Made by a program: the position numbers and the translations under genes
Origin: Octopus vulgaris
Lineage: Eukaryota
Direction: 5' to 3'
Length of the DNA: 64,000 nt
NCBI GenBank assembly: GCA_951406725.2
Contig: OX597831.1
Location: 46,748,001-46,812,000, forward strand
Notes under the pieces: generated by a model
What the model saw: only the letters and a program-made list of their open reading frames with translations
Told to the model about the DNA's origin: nothing
Databases searched by the model: none
In this document: positions 40,940 through 53,339 of the stretch, in pieces
Layout of the letters: every line of letters begins with the position of its first letter
Numbering within the stretch: the stretch's first letter is position 1

Positions 40940-40942
<3 letters not shown>
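40587..40942. repeat. Large fold-back element (~355 bp) between (ATT)n and (AAT)n
   Basis: TAAATACATATACTAATGTA...CAATGGCGTATCCGAGTATATAAACTCACAT.GTCGCCGGTGTTAA.ACACCTTAGTC is mirrored on the right arm. Confidence 0.88.
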
Positions 40943-41009
<67 letters not shown>

Positions 41010-41011
<2 letters not shown>

Positions 41012-41282
41012 GAAAAGAGATGTCAGAAACACCTAGACAATATCCCTGGAGAACCATGTCTCAAGGAAATCCAAAAGATTGTGTTAACAAGTACTGCCCA
41101 CATCCTTAGAAAAACCCTATCAATGTAAATGTTTGTGTTTGTATTACATGGAGATATTTCTCTACTTCCCCTCCCCAAGCTTTCAGCTATATTTCAACAA
41201 CTCTTAACCTTCACTTGCCCTAGGGCGCTGGGTGTGCCCCGGCAAGTGATTGCATCAAACATGCAGATTAAAAGTAAATGAC

Positions 41283-41283
<1 letters not shown>
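41010..41283 (+). mobile_element. 3'-terminal fragment of a second R4/Dong subfamily, in (AAT)n
   Basis: EKRCQKHLDNIPGEPCLKEIQKIVLTSTAHILRKTLSM* aligns with the C-terminus of ORF 34936-35748 (IPGLPSLQEVQKIVLTGTSHVLRRALSM*); (AAT)n flanks both sides. Confidence 0.85.
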
Positions 41284-41349
<66 letters not shown>

Positions 41350-41429
41350 TACATACGTGTGTGTGTATGAAGAACATGATCAATCGTAATCATCACCAAG
41401 AACCCATTCCTAATTTTAGCCGTGAAGAG

Positions 41430-41850
41430 CATGAAACCTGTCCCCTTAACTATTTGACCAGGCGGTTATGATAAACTCCGTCATCTATATGTCAGAAGTC
41501 ACAGCAACGCTTCAAGATAACTTAATCTCGACGAAAAATTACATCGGTTTATGCGAAAGACAATTTCAAAAGACGTTATGCAAACCTTTGGACTCCTTTT
41601 CCGCACATCAGAAAAAGTAAAGTCTCTAAGTTAGTTAACCATGTATGAGATCTGAAGACCAACTGGACACCACAGACAATCAAGTGGAGAATCGTACAGA
41701 AATCCATGCTGTATGTAAATGAATCTAAGAAATGCAATTCATCATAGCTGAAAGATCGGACATTCTTTTTAGATCGAAGTATTCCACTGCACTACTTATT
41801 TTCAGATCCGAAATTTTCATCAAATGCAAACATATGGCCAAATTTTTTTG
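41430..41850 (+). pseudogene. Penelope-like element GIY-YIG endonuclease remnant
   Basis: Manual translation across frameshifts gives ETCPLN...NSVIYMSEVT...TKNYIGLCE...KRRYAN...SKLVNHV*DLK...IKWRIVQK...YVNESKKCN...RSEIFIKCKH, the PLE GIY-YIG pattern. Confidence 0.8.
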
Positions 41851-41879
41851 GCAAATTGGGGGACATCACCCTCTCCGGA

Positions 41880-42450
41880 TTGATGGTCCATTGGAAGCAT
41901 ATTGGTAAAGCGATTCTAGAAATTTATGAAACACCAAAAATTTCGCCAATGCCGGTTGTGGTGGTGGACCTAATTTCCATACTAGAGCATTTTGGTCCGA
42001 AAACACAAAATTTGGCATAATTTAAGTTCAAATCACACTTGGAAAGTGAATGAGGACTCATTAGAAGAGTACAGATAAAGCTAATTTAGAAATTTATGAA
42101 AATTCCGAACTTTCAAAAATGTTGGTGTCTGGAACCAAATTTCTATATTTGGACAATTTAGCCGAAAACCCAAAATGGGTAAAAGAAGATTGAAAGGTAG
42201 TTGAGACTTAATTGGAAGCGATTTGGCAACACAATTTTGGAAATTTACGAAACTTGAAATCTTTTTTGAAAAACTGAGGGGCTGCGGCTGACTTTTCATA
42301 TTTGCACGTTTCTGGACCAAAACACAAAAACTGGAATAATTGTAGTTCGAACACGATGAAAGTGGCTGAGGGCTCATTAGAAGTGTATTGAACAGGCAAT
42401 TATAAAAATTTGTGGGATCTTTGGAAGCATTGGTCTGGGTCTAAATTTCT
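41880..42450. repeat. Degenerate ~150-170 bp tandem repeat (3-4 units)
   Basis: The recurrent blocks GAAATTTAYGAAA, AAAACACAAAA and CTCATTAGAAG have unit starts at about 41917, 42087, 42238 and 42403. Confidence 0.6.
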
Positions 42451-42821
42451 GTAAATCGGAGAGTTTAAATCTCGTTTTTGAGTTTGGCGTCTAAAACACT
42501 CCAATGAGTATAATCTGGATTAGAATGAAGACCAAATAAGATTGACCATAAGGATAACTTGCTTTAACGTATTATAGAATCATCTCGTTTAACAAGTAAT
42601 CATCAAATGTTACAGCAGTACTAAGTACATTTTTATTCTTATAGTATCGAACCGAGTGTCCATGTACATCACATTACCTGCAAAAGATTTGCCCCTTCAT
42701 TTTCTCGTCAAGGGCCAATGAATCAGAAACAGTCCACATCCTCCTCAGACAATCAACGAGGCTTGTTTTTTGGAAATTACTATTTTTAAATCTCACAAAG
42801 TGAGATATTTAGCAACAGTAC

Positions 42822-43009
42822 TTTGTAGTAAAGATTGTTTGCCAACATAACATGGCAGTCCTGGTTTAGGACTAATATTGTTGTAATTTAACATCAGGAG
42901 ACAGCGTCGTATAACCAACTGGAGACGATGTTTCCTGGGGCTAAATTACAGCAACATTAGTCATAAACCAGGACTGCCATGTTATGTTGGCAAAAATCTT
43001 TACTACAAA
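42822..43009. repeat. MITE-like near-complete palindrome (~188 bp)
   Basis: TTTGTAGTAAAGATT.TTTGCCAACATAACATGGCAGTCCTGGTTTA.GACTAAT... is mirrored; the spacer is about 13 nt. Confidence 0.88.
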
Positions 43010-43589
43010 TTGGTTTTTGTTCTTAAAACTTTATTGCAACCTTCTATTCCATTAAGTTCCTAAATCCTTCACCATTATTTAACTCAATTAGTTCTCAGGA
43101 GTAAGCTAGAAGATTATGTAACATCAGGGTGATACTTATTCACAGTCGACTTATATTTGATTGTGAATTCGAAGAAAATTCTCAAGGAAAAAATGATCTG
43201 TGCAAAAGCTCTTGTATTTCTATACATCAACTTTCTTTTTGGAGGAGAGCACTCGTAAGAGCATAGATAGACATTGACGATAATATGAGAATAATAATAA
43301 TTGAGAACAATTGATCATAAAGTGTCAACTATTCTGATGTAATAATTTGTGGTCTAGGTCAAATTTACGGCCCAAATTTTCCATCTCTCTCAGAATATCT
43401 GGTATTAAATTTAAAAGTTTATTTTCAGAAATTAGCCTATCAGAGTTTTCTAGAGTTGAGCTCATCTGAAAGCTTATTGAATATACTTTAAGAAGTAGAT
43501 ATGATTTGTTGGTGATGCAAGTTTTCAAGAATGTAGCCTCTATACAAGGTCGTGAATTAAGTACGAAACGTTTTTCGACATTGTATTCG

Positions 43590-43870
43590 ATGAATACAGG
43601 TGGTAAGCACCGTTTAAGTTGAGTGGTGCTCGAAGATCAGTGTCTGCGAGTTTTGGAAGACAAAATCTATTTACCGATCCATTATTTCGAATCCAAACAA
43701 CGATGGTTTAACGTGCACATGTTTAATAACTGTTATTTTCTTTTCTCAAATTTCATTGCTGCTGTGCGTAAATAACTGGAGGCTGTCAAATTTCCTGTTG
43801 GTGAGGAGTGTTTTAGTTTCGGACAATGCACCTTCTCACCCAAATGTCACCACCTTATCAGTATCAACGA
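43590..43870 (+). pseudogene. pogo/Tigger-type DDE transposase remnant
   Basis: Peptides DKIYLPIHYFESKQRWFNVHMFNN and VLVSDNAPSHP match the Tigger/Jerky DDE motifs LPV.Y....AW....F and LL.DNAP.HP. Confidence 0.7.
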
Positions 43871-44955
43871 CAAATAGGTACATGGTGTCATCTCTCAAAC
43901 GTTATCTCCGTGATCCAAGTACAATCCAAGCTAGTACTAACGAAGGCGCATAGACGAATTTCGCTTGGAGGTAGAACAGGGCGATCTTCGTAAAGACACG
44001 AGAACAAAGAACTCCCTGTAACAATTTTCGGCGCTGTGCTGCTTGAATACAGACGGTATGCACATTTTACTGAGAGTGGTAGTTGACAGAGGTTGTTAGG
44101 TCAGCACATCTGCAAGTTTTGAAAGACAAAAAACTCTTCAAGCTACCGGTGCATTTTTCCCATTCCAAAAATCATGGATCAACATGGATGTCTTTAATAA
44201 GAGAAGTCAAGAACTATCGAGATTCCAGGGATACTAAAGTAGCAGAAGCTAGCGCTGAAATTTGCGCAGATAAGAAGTAGATTGCTGTCAGAATTGAAGC
44301 TGGTAGAGGAAGGGTTGATGCAGAAAACCGTTGGGAATTTGGCGATAGGTGCTATCAAGCTTCAGACTTGGTCCGCTTTCCGTCTTGTCAGACTAGTAAC
44401 GCCAAAGGAAAAGAGCAGTAACTACGCCTCCAAAAAGAAGTTGGTATATGTGTTAAGGAGGTAAGAGCTAACAGGCAATATGATTTACGTGCTGGGGCTA
44501 TTAGTTAGCCTGGTAATCGAGCAAAACATTTGATAGTGGTACCCTAGAATGGCCACAGTCTTTGAATAAAATGATATTGTAAATGATACTCCTTATTATT
44601 TTATTATTATTAGCTTTTGTCAAAGGAGTTCGAACCTACAAAGACATAACTTTGTAGATTTGTTTTATGATTGTTAAATAGGATTAGGACTTTTAACAGA
44701 CTACGACAAGTTCCGATTTTATGGTGAAGCCTATTTATATTTCAAGGTACGCTGTTAACATGGTGTCTGTGGGAACAGCATGAATATCTTTGATTTTTGT
44801 TTGAATTCGGTTATGTAACAATCGATTAAAGACTTCTGTGGAATTGAGGAGTTAACCACGTGGTAATGCTACATCAGAGAAAGAAAGATAGAAAGAAAGA
44901 GGAAGGAAAGAAGAAAGAGAAAGAAAGAGAAAAAAGAAACATGATCAGAGGAAGA

Positions 44956-45015
<60 letters not shown>

Positions 45016-45454
45016 AGAAGTGGGTGAGGCGGAAGTGAGAGATAGATGCTTCAGGGAAAATGGAGTTAAACACTGAGAAAATTCGGAGTAACAATAAGGA
45101 CGATTGCTAATGCAAGAGAATGCAAATCGGCAGAAGGCGGAGGAGGAGGAGTGGGAAGAGGTCAAAGGAGATACTTTCTGTTTTGAGGGAGAGAAAGAGA
45201 GTGAGGGGGGGAAGGAAAAGGTGGAGAGTGAGGGAAAAAGAGAGAGAGAGAGAGAGAGAGAGAAGGGCGATGGGGTGCGAAAGGATAATTCTGCTGCCAA
45301 AGATAGCAAACCATTAACGTTTGAGACTTTAAATAAATTATCGATCCTTTGGTGTTCAGGACTGTTGGCTGCAAAATAATCATTTCTTCTCCTGGTGCAA
45401 GCGGGTAGGTTTGTAAGTATGCATATATGTTTATGCACATAAATAATATGTTCC

Positions 45455-45517
<63 letters not shown>

Positions 45518-45670
45518 ATATATATATGTATATATATGTATATATATATGTATATATATATATATTTAAATATATATATTTATATATATAATATATATAT
45601 AAATATACATATACATATATATATATATATATGAGTTATAGGCATGCTTATTTACACACACATATGTATG

Positions 45671-45722
<52 letters not shown>

Positions 45723-46384
45723 CATATCTATATAAGGTTATATGCACACATATTTACACACAAACACACATACACATGTATTTATGGTACATGTGTGTGT
45801 GTTTATGTATGTATTTATCTATGTATGTATGTATGTATGTATGTATGTATGTATGTATGTATGTATGTATGCATGTATGTATGTATGTATGTATGTATGT
45901 GTAGAATCACATTTTTTCCTTTCCCCTTGATCTCTCTACCAGTCTTATTTTAGTATGTCTCTTTTCCTTCCTAAGATCAATATTTCAGTAGCAATCACTT
46001 TTCACTACACCAGACAGTTACATTAACTGCTTGAAAAGCCTTTGCCAAACACATGATACGAACCTTTGCATCATTGACTTTAATGTTTATACAATTCTCT
46101 ACCATCAAAAATTGCTGTTGACATAATCTTCTGACATCGTAGTAATATTTAATGTCATATTCCTTCACTTTGCCACTAAAATCTTGGAATTATGATGTGG
46201 AGTACATATGTGTGTGTGTACTGCGTGTATGTGTGAGTGCGTGTGACTATACATAAATACATACATACCTAATACAAACATACATACATACATACATACA
46301 TGCATACATACATACATACATACATACACACACATACATACATACACACATCATACATACATACACACATCATGCATACATACA

Positions 46385-46418
<34 letters not shown>

Positions 46419-46426
46419 CATACATA

Positions 46427-46683
46427 GGCGGATTGTACCGAAAGTAAGGCGAAAGTCTGCATAACATTTTTTATAAACTGGCAGTGGTCATTCAAATTGC
46501 ATATGATGGAGCCATTCTTATTCCTGTTCTTCATTGAAGGCAACTAACTGGTTCCAAGCAGAAGGAACGTGCCGTCTTTGAGTTCATGATGAAGGGGTGC
46601 AGGCTGTTTGATATCCAGAAAATGATATACGTTGTTTATGGAGATGACGCCATTGATAAGAGCAATGTGCACAGATATGTGCA
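46427..46683 (+). pseudogene. Mariner 5' end with transposase HTH remnant, interrupted by a SINE
   Basis: About 46553-46682 translates KERAVFEFMMKGCRLFDIQKMIYVVYGDDAIDKSNVHRY, typical of the mariner N-terminal HTH. Confidence 0.7.
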
Positions 46684-46873
46684 CCCTTTTTTTTAAAGCC
46701 TAGCCAGGCTCATGGGCCCGGTTTCCCTGTTTCTATGACGTATGTATTCCCCAGCTGGACGGGACGCCAGTCCATCGCAGCGTTACTCATTTTTGAGTCG
46801 TCCGGTCCAGGAATCGAAACCACAATCTTATGATCATGGTGCTGACACCCTAACCACTAAGCCACGCGCCTCC
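46684..46873 (-). mobile_element. tRNA-derived SINE family D, probably internally deleted
   Basis: Minus strand GAGGCGCGTGGCTTAGTGGTTAGGGTG (A box), GTTTCGATTCC (B box), GCGATGGACTGGCGTCCCGTCCAG and an A-rich end. Confidence 0.75.
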
Positions 46874-47799
46874 TCACAGATAAATGCAGAAGGTGAATAA
46901 TGAGAAAACCAAAATTAAATACCAGTTGCGTACTGGGGTCGATCTAATCGACAGGCCCTCTCCCCCTAATTTTTGAGCAGAAAAGAAAAGAATATCTGCT
47001 ATACACAAAGTACATCGAAACAGCTGTAAAGATGTCTCATGTAAAATTATGTTACAAGTTATCTTATTATATTCCATACATCTATGATTGTTGTTCATTA
47101 CACGTGTATAGATAATGTCTATATTAGATATTTATAAATACATGTATGTGTGTGAGTGTATGTGTACATTTAACCATTTAGCCATATACATTTAGCCATA
47201 TGATAATTAGAAATGTGTATTTATGTGCTGTCAAGCCAACCACTGAGTAGGGAAGTGGGAATCTGGAAAATGACAAACAGTAGTGATTGATAGTAAGTAT
47301 AATGAAAGTGAGTGACAGACACGCGGGGATTCAGTAAGAATTAGAAAATTAAAACGAGTGCGAGTTAGAGAAAAAAGTTAGCTTTATGTTGCTTCATAAG
47401 AAGCAAAACTGTAGTACACTGATCAATAACAATAAGGGAGAAAAGAACAATGAAACTGTAACTCAAGTTACAATATCCTCAACATGAATAATGTATCATT
47501 TTCCTAAATATAGACTCGTCATTTTATATTGCTTTAGGAATTTCCATCCAAGCGTACAGTAGCAGTAAGCACTAGAAAAATGTAAGTAAAAAGGATGTAA
47601 TTTTTAACGGCATATACTATGTGCTTGTATACTGCTGTGATCTATAACTTTCGGGGAGATTTATTATCTAGATGATCAATGAGAGGCCCTGTAAAGGGTG
47701 TACCATGTGATGTCTCCGGATGAAGGTCAGTCATGTAAAGATTTTTCTGTCCGTGTACGTGGAGGCGTGCACATCTTCTGTAATTATGATTTGAAATAT

Positions 47800-48003
47800 T
47801 TTGACACAAGGGCAGCAATTTCGGGGGAGCGAGTAAGTCGATTTCAACAACCCCTAATGCTCAATTGGTACTTATTTATCGACCCCAAAAAGATAAAAGG
47901 CGAAGTCGACATCGGTGGAATTTGAACTCAGAACACGAAGACGGACGAAATGCTGCGAAGTATTTCACACGGCATGCTAATGTTTCTGCAAGCTCGCAGC
48001 CTT
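47800..48003 (-). mobile_element. Diverged SINE family B copy
   Basis: TGGTACTTATTTATCGACCCC...GGAATTTGAACTCAGAAC...GACGAAATG...GTTTCTGCAAGCTCGC. Confidence 0.75.
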
Positions 48004-48250
48004 TATATTAAGTAAATATTACCTTGACATCAATGGCAGTTAGGCCTGTATACTTTCATTTAATAAATATCATCCGACCGTGTGTGACTAGCTCTATAGA
48101 TAATAGTATTTAAGAAGGAGAATATACCCCTATTCGGCGCTTAGTGGGATTTCAACAGTGACAGATTGGGATATGGCGTGGAACCTGCGGATAAAGCACC
48201 ACCAAGGAAACCTTTTATATCAGTACGAACTCCAGCCACTCACTAACTCT

Positions 48251-48691
48251 CTCTTTACTCTTTTACTTGTTTCAGTCATTTGACTGTGGCCATGCTGGAG
48301 CACCGCCTTTAGTCAAGCAAATCGACACCAAGACTTATTCTTTGTAAGCCTAGTACTTATTCTATCGGTGTCTTTTGCCGAACTGCTAAGTTACGGGGAC
48401 GTAAACACACCAGCATCGGTTGTCAAGCGATGTTGGGGGGGGGGGGACAAACACAGACACACAAACATATACACACACATACATAGATACATATATATAC
48501 ATATATAAGTATATATATACATATATACGACGGGCTTCTTTCAGTTTCCGTCTACCAAATCCACTCACAAGGCTTTGAACGGCCCAAGGCAATAGTAGAA
48601 GACATTTGCCCAAGGTGTCACGTAGTGGGACTGAACCCGGAACCATGTGGTTGGTAAGCAAGCTACTTACCACACACCCACTCCTGCCCCT
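48251..48691 (-). mobile_element. SINE family A, full length
   Basis: Reverse complement of 56893-57270: tRNA-like head, internal (TA/TG) linker and GAGTAAA-like tail. Confidence 0.9.
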
Positions 48692-48711
48692 ATAACTGTA
48701 ATTAGAAATAT

Positions 48712-48929
48712 TGATTTCAAATTTTGGCACAAGACCAGCAATTTCGAGTGAGGGGGATAGTCGATTACATTGACCCCAGTGTGCAACTGGTGCTTATTTT
48801 ATCAGCCCCTGAAAGGATGAAAGACAAAGTCAACCTTTGGCAGAAGTTGAAGTCAAAACGTAAGAGCAGTCGAAATGCCGCTAATCATTTTGTCCGACGC
48901 AGCAACGATTCTGCCAGCTCGCCGCTTTG
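48712..48929 (-). mobile_element. SINE family B with 15-bp TSD
   Basis: TGTAATTAGAAATAT occurs at 48697-48711 and 48930-48944. Confidence 0.85.
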
Positions 48930-49327
48930 TGTAATTAGAAATATAGACACAGGCCTCAGCAAGAGAATCACAAATTTTCGACCAGTAGAGAGATTTTCAA
49001 CACAGCCAGACATTTTAATGAAGCATTAGTGAGGAGAGCCTTCGTTGACAAATTTATGTATTATAGAGAAGCCTCACCACTTTACAAACGAGATGAGATA
49101 GAAAGAGAGAGACAATTTAGTTCCCACAACCACCAACACCACCACTTCAGTACATGTTTCCACCAAAGTAGCTGGAATCTTTTATCTTTAATTAGTAAAT
49201 CTTTCTCAAACACAAGTACCACGTGCGTGTGCATGTTAGAAACTAATGGTGTATATATATATCCTTGTTTAGCGATTCACATGTGTCCTTTCTTTTACGA
49301 ACTTGCTGTTGCTGTAGATGGTGTTTT

Positions 49328-49344
49328 CACTACTACTACCACTG

Positions 49345-49376
<32 letters not shown>

Positions 49377-49485
49377 GCTGCTGCTGCTGTTGCTGCTGCT
49401 ACTACTGCTACCAAAATGTTATCCTTATCCTCGTCGTCATCACCACCACCACCACTACCACCACCACCACCACCACCATCACCAC

Positions 49486-49552
<67 letters not shown>

Positions 49553-49625
49553 GTCGTCGTCGTCGTCGTCGTAGTCATCATCATCATCATCATCATCATA
49601 ATCATCATCATCATCGTCATTATTG
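49328..49625. repeat. Compound trinucleotide microsatellite (CTA)(CTG)(CCA)(TCA)(TCG)
   Basis: Directly visible. Confidence 0.95.
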
Positions 49626-49818
49626 CTGTTCATGTTATTAGTTTTGCTCTATGTACTCCTACTGTTTCTGCTTTACTTCCATCCAGCTTGATATGTTTCG
49701 AATGGTTGTATTCTGTGGAAATTCTAAAGCAACAAGTACGGCCTAAAGAAATTACTGCACTCTACATTGTACTGAGTGCTTCCCCAAATAGTTAATTAAC
49801 TGTAGATATTGGTGTGAG

Positions 49819-49885
<67 letters not shown>

Positions 49886-49889
<4 letters not shown>

Positions 49890-50072
49890 GGGAGAATTCA
49901 TAAAAAAAAACAAAAGACGAAGACAGGTGGTGTAGAAGACAAACAGATGTATTAGTATAACGCTCGGGAAGTGAAAAAGTCTTTAACGTTTCGAGCCTAC
50001 GCTCTTCCACAGAAAGGAACACAGAAAGAAACAAGGAGAGAGGAAATAAAGATTGTGTAGTGGCTAGTGATC

Positions 50073-50073
<1 letters not shown>
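49886..50073 (-). mobile_element. Hammerhead-bearing element inside (TA)n; hammerhead at 49981-50016
   Basis: Minus strand CTTT-CTGTGGA-A-GAGC-GTAG-GCTC-GAAAC-GTT-AAAG with perfect stems. (TA)n flanks both sides; homologous to 39640-39770 and 63863-64000. Confidence 0.75.
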
Positions 50074-50121
<48 letters not shown>

Positions 50122-50131
50122 TTTATTTAAA

Positions 50132-50240
50132 AGCAGCAGAAATATAACAAAAGCTGTTATTTCGAGTTTCACGTTCCCGTCCGTCAGACGGACGGGAACG
50201 TGAAACTCTGAGTAACAGCTTTTGTTATATTTCTGCTGCT
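50132..50240. repeat. 109-bp near-perfect palindrome centred on a hammerhead-like remnant
   Basis: 54-bp arms around a single A at 50186, with about 3 mismatches. The right arm reads ACG-GGAA-CGT-GAAA-CTC-T-GAG-TA-ACAG. Confidence 0.88.
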
Positions 50241-50320
50241 ATAAAATAGAGCATATTACTCTACCTCTGGTATTTGAGTACTCTGTTTCCCACCTTGTTT
50301 CACGTTTATGTGCTTACTCC

Positions 50321-50404
<84 letters not shown>

Positions 50405-51316
50405 CATATACATATGTGTGTGTGTGGGGGAGAGAGATAGAGAGAAAAAGAGAGTGAGAGAGAGAGAAAGAAAGAGAAAGAGAGGGGAAGGGAGACGGAG
50501 AGACAGAGAATTGAATATTGAATTATTTTAGTTTCTCTCTGTTGTATCTGAGCGCTAAATTTGTCATTTGTATCCTACAACAAATTTCAGAGATGCTGCT
50601 GAAATTGTATTATAAAAACGATAAAAGGTTGAAGCCGCAGAGCCATTAATAACCTGAACACAGATCCATTTAGTGCACACTAAATATCATGTACGGTACC
50701 AAAACCTCATAATATTGATTAACTCGTAATATTGAACTAAAAAAAAATAATACGGAAATTTGAAGTTATTATTTTGGAAATACCGGAACAAGCAATGAAA
50801 AATATTATCGCCAGCTGTGAGTTTACTCGCAGGAAGAAGAGATCCATTTTGAATATTTGCTATAATTATTTAGTAATTTCATACCTGTTTCTCTAATTGC
50901 ATAGTTTTATAACTTGCTACTTTTTTATTTTTAATTCGTTTTATTCATTCCATTACTTCAATTTTTCTGACAGAGATGCGTTTCTCAGATGACAAATCAA
51001 CGGAGAATATTTTTATGTGGATGAAATATAGTTCGTGTTTGAAATCTCGAGACCCAAAACAGTGTTTCCTACCAAGCAAATCACAACAGTGAATCAGTCA
51101 CTTAATTGATCCACTAGATGTAAACTAATAGGACCAATCAAAAGTTTACATCACATTCTTCACTCACCAATTTAATGTCATTCAGACAAAATTTTAAATT
51201 GTATTTTTCATCATTTGCAGTTTCGCTTATATAATCATGGCTACATTGATAACAACAACAACTACACTAATACTAATACTATAGTCCTACCACAACTGTG
51301 AAGCTAAGACGATGTA

Positions 51317-51831
51317 CCGTAAATCCTCGAGTATAATCCGCATTTTTCCCCAAAATTGAAAGGTCAAATTCCCTAGTGCGTACTATATATGAGGTTAAAA
51401 ATGAAAAATATCTTCTAAGCAATGTCCGAGTCTCTATTTGCTGTCCGGCAATGTTTATTCAGACGCATTTTGTGAGGTCGGGCGCGAAAATACTTAAGCC
51501 TGAAAGCAATGAATTCATAAAAGAATCATCTATAACTTACAGTAAGCAACATTTATTAAAATAAAAGTATTCAGAACACGGAAAAACATGTAACAAAAAC
51601 AATTTGCAGACATATTTACATTCCCATTTAACAGTTAGGAAGATTACCATTATTGTATTACGCATGCGCGGAAGTGTTTGTTCGACTAGGTGCTGTTGGC
51701 TTAATTACGCACGACTCAAGTTAGAGAAGAGGTGCGTATTATACACAAGGTTTAGGTTTTTCAGAGGTACAACCCCCTAAAATTCCCCTACTTATTATAC
51801 TCAAGGGTGGACTATACTCGAGGATTTACGG
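51317..51831. mobile_element. Tc1/mariner-superfamily (pogo-like) MITE, 515 bp
   Basis: Perfect 19-bp TIR CCGTAAATCCTCGAGTATA at both ends, each flanked by TA. Confidence 0.9.
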
Positions 51832-53224
51832 TATATATTCTCACTTCATTTGCTCTTTGTCTTTAAATCATCATGTACTCCAGTGTTATGAAAAATCCTG
51901 GCAAATAACAGAGGAATAAAGTACATTCAAACTTTAGCCACTTTTCAGCAAAACAGCTACTACAATAGGCAGCATTTTGTAGCTCCACCCCCCCCCAAAA
52001 AAAAAAATAGTTGTTACATCCAACAATGGTTATTCCGTTTCCTTTGATGGTAGTTGATTGTGAATATATTCAAAAGCAACCAAAATCTGTCATACACACT
52101 TATAAAAATGTAAACAAACCGACGCAGCCATCACTACCATCACCCAACTTTCATATATTTTCGTATACCGATCCGACAAAGATAATGTAGGATAATTACT
52201 GTTTAGAATTTTTCTTAAACAAGTTTGAAAGCAATTTACGGGGAACAAACAAACCAATCACATTATAAACGTTATTAACGATATCGCTAAGGGCTATAAA
52301 AAAATGTGGTAACATGTGTTGAGATATCAGTACATGCTTGTTTATGGCTACAGTTGTACGAAAGAAACATCTGAGATATATTTACGGAGCCTCGATATAA
52401 GCAAGCTAGAATGGAATTGTTAGCGCCTAGGGTGAAAAGGGCTAAGTATCTTTGCATGTAAATGCCATCCACCTTGAATTTCATCCCGGTTCGGGGAGAC
52501 AAAAGTCTTGGTTTCAAAATACTTAATTAACACACAAGCATGTATATATGTTTTAGTGTGAATATGTGTGCACATACATGTATAAATATATTTTTGTTTC
52601 TATGTGTATGCATGCATATGTATATATATATATATATAAGTTAACATCTCTAAATGAATAAGTGAATATATGAGAATATATGCATATGCATTTACCTGTA
52701 TGTATGTATATATGTATATAATCAAACGCACGCACACATACACACATTTTGGAAAAAAAATTAAAGATATTGCTTTAAAATATTACTTAAGCAACAACGC
52801 AATTTCATTGGTAAAGTTATTAGATTGACCTGATTTGGTGTTTAAAACGTTTGAAATATTTCCATGAAAGCCGGATGTAAAATTAAAAACGTGATCTTGA
52901 AATAGCACGTTTTTGCACATGCCGCTCGCAAGATTTATTTACAAAATAAAAATAATAAAAAACGATACACAAAGGCAAACACTTCACAACTTTCAAATAT
53001 TTCAAAAAAAGGGCGGTCCGAGTTCGTTTCCCACCATAGGAACATTAATTTTTCTATAGGTGCAATCACGGTTGTATAGTTAAAACACTTGCTTTACAAC
53101 CGTGTAGTTTCGAGTTCAGTTCTACCGAGCAGCACCTCGGTCAAATGACTTCTACGATAATCCCGGGCTGACCAATGGCTTGTGAATGAATTTCGTAGCG
53201 GGGAAAATTAGTAGAATCCCGACG

Positions 53225-53256
<32 letters not shown>

Positions 53257-53339
53257 TGTATGTATGTATGTATGTATGTATGTATGTATGTATGTATGTA
53301 TGTATGTATGTATGTATGTATGTGTATGTAAGTTTGTAT

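Noticed and set aside
43980-44520. Possible L1/Tx1 endonuclease remnant on the minus strand; similarly an RTE-like C-terminal trace at about 17320-17700
   Set aside because: Suggestive composition only; no unambiguous motif was recovered.
45104-45420. 91-aa ORF or possible exon ending near GTAAGT
   Set aside because: Mostly purine-rich low-complexity sequence, with no recognisable domain or partner exons.
49029-49795. Poly-S/H/D/I ORFs; similar ones at 61729-62498
   Set aside because: Compound trinucleotide microsatellite open in most frames, with no domain content.
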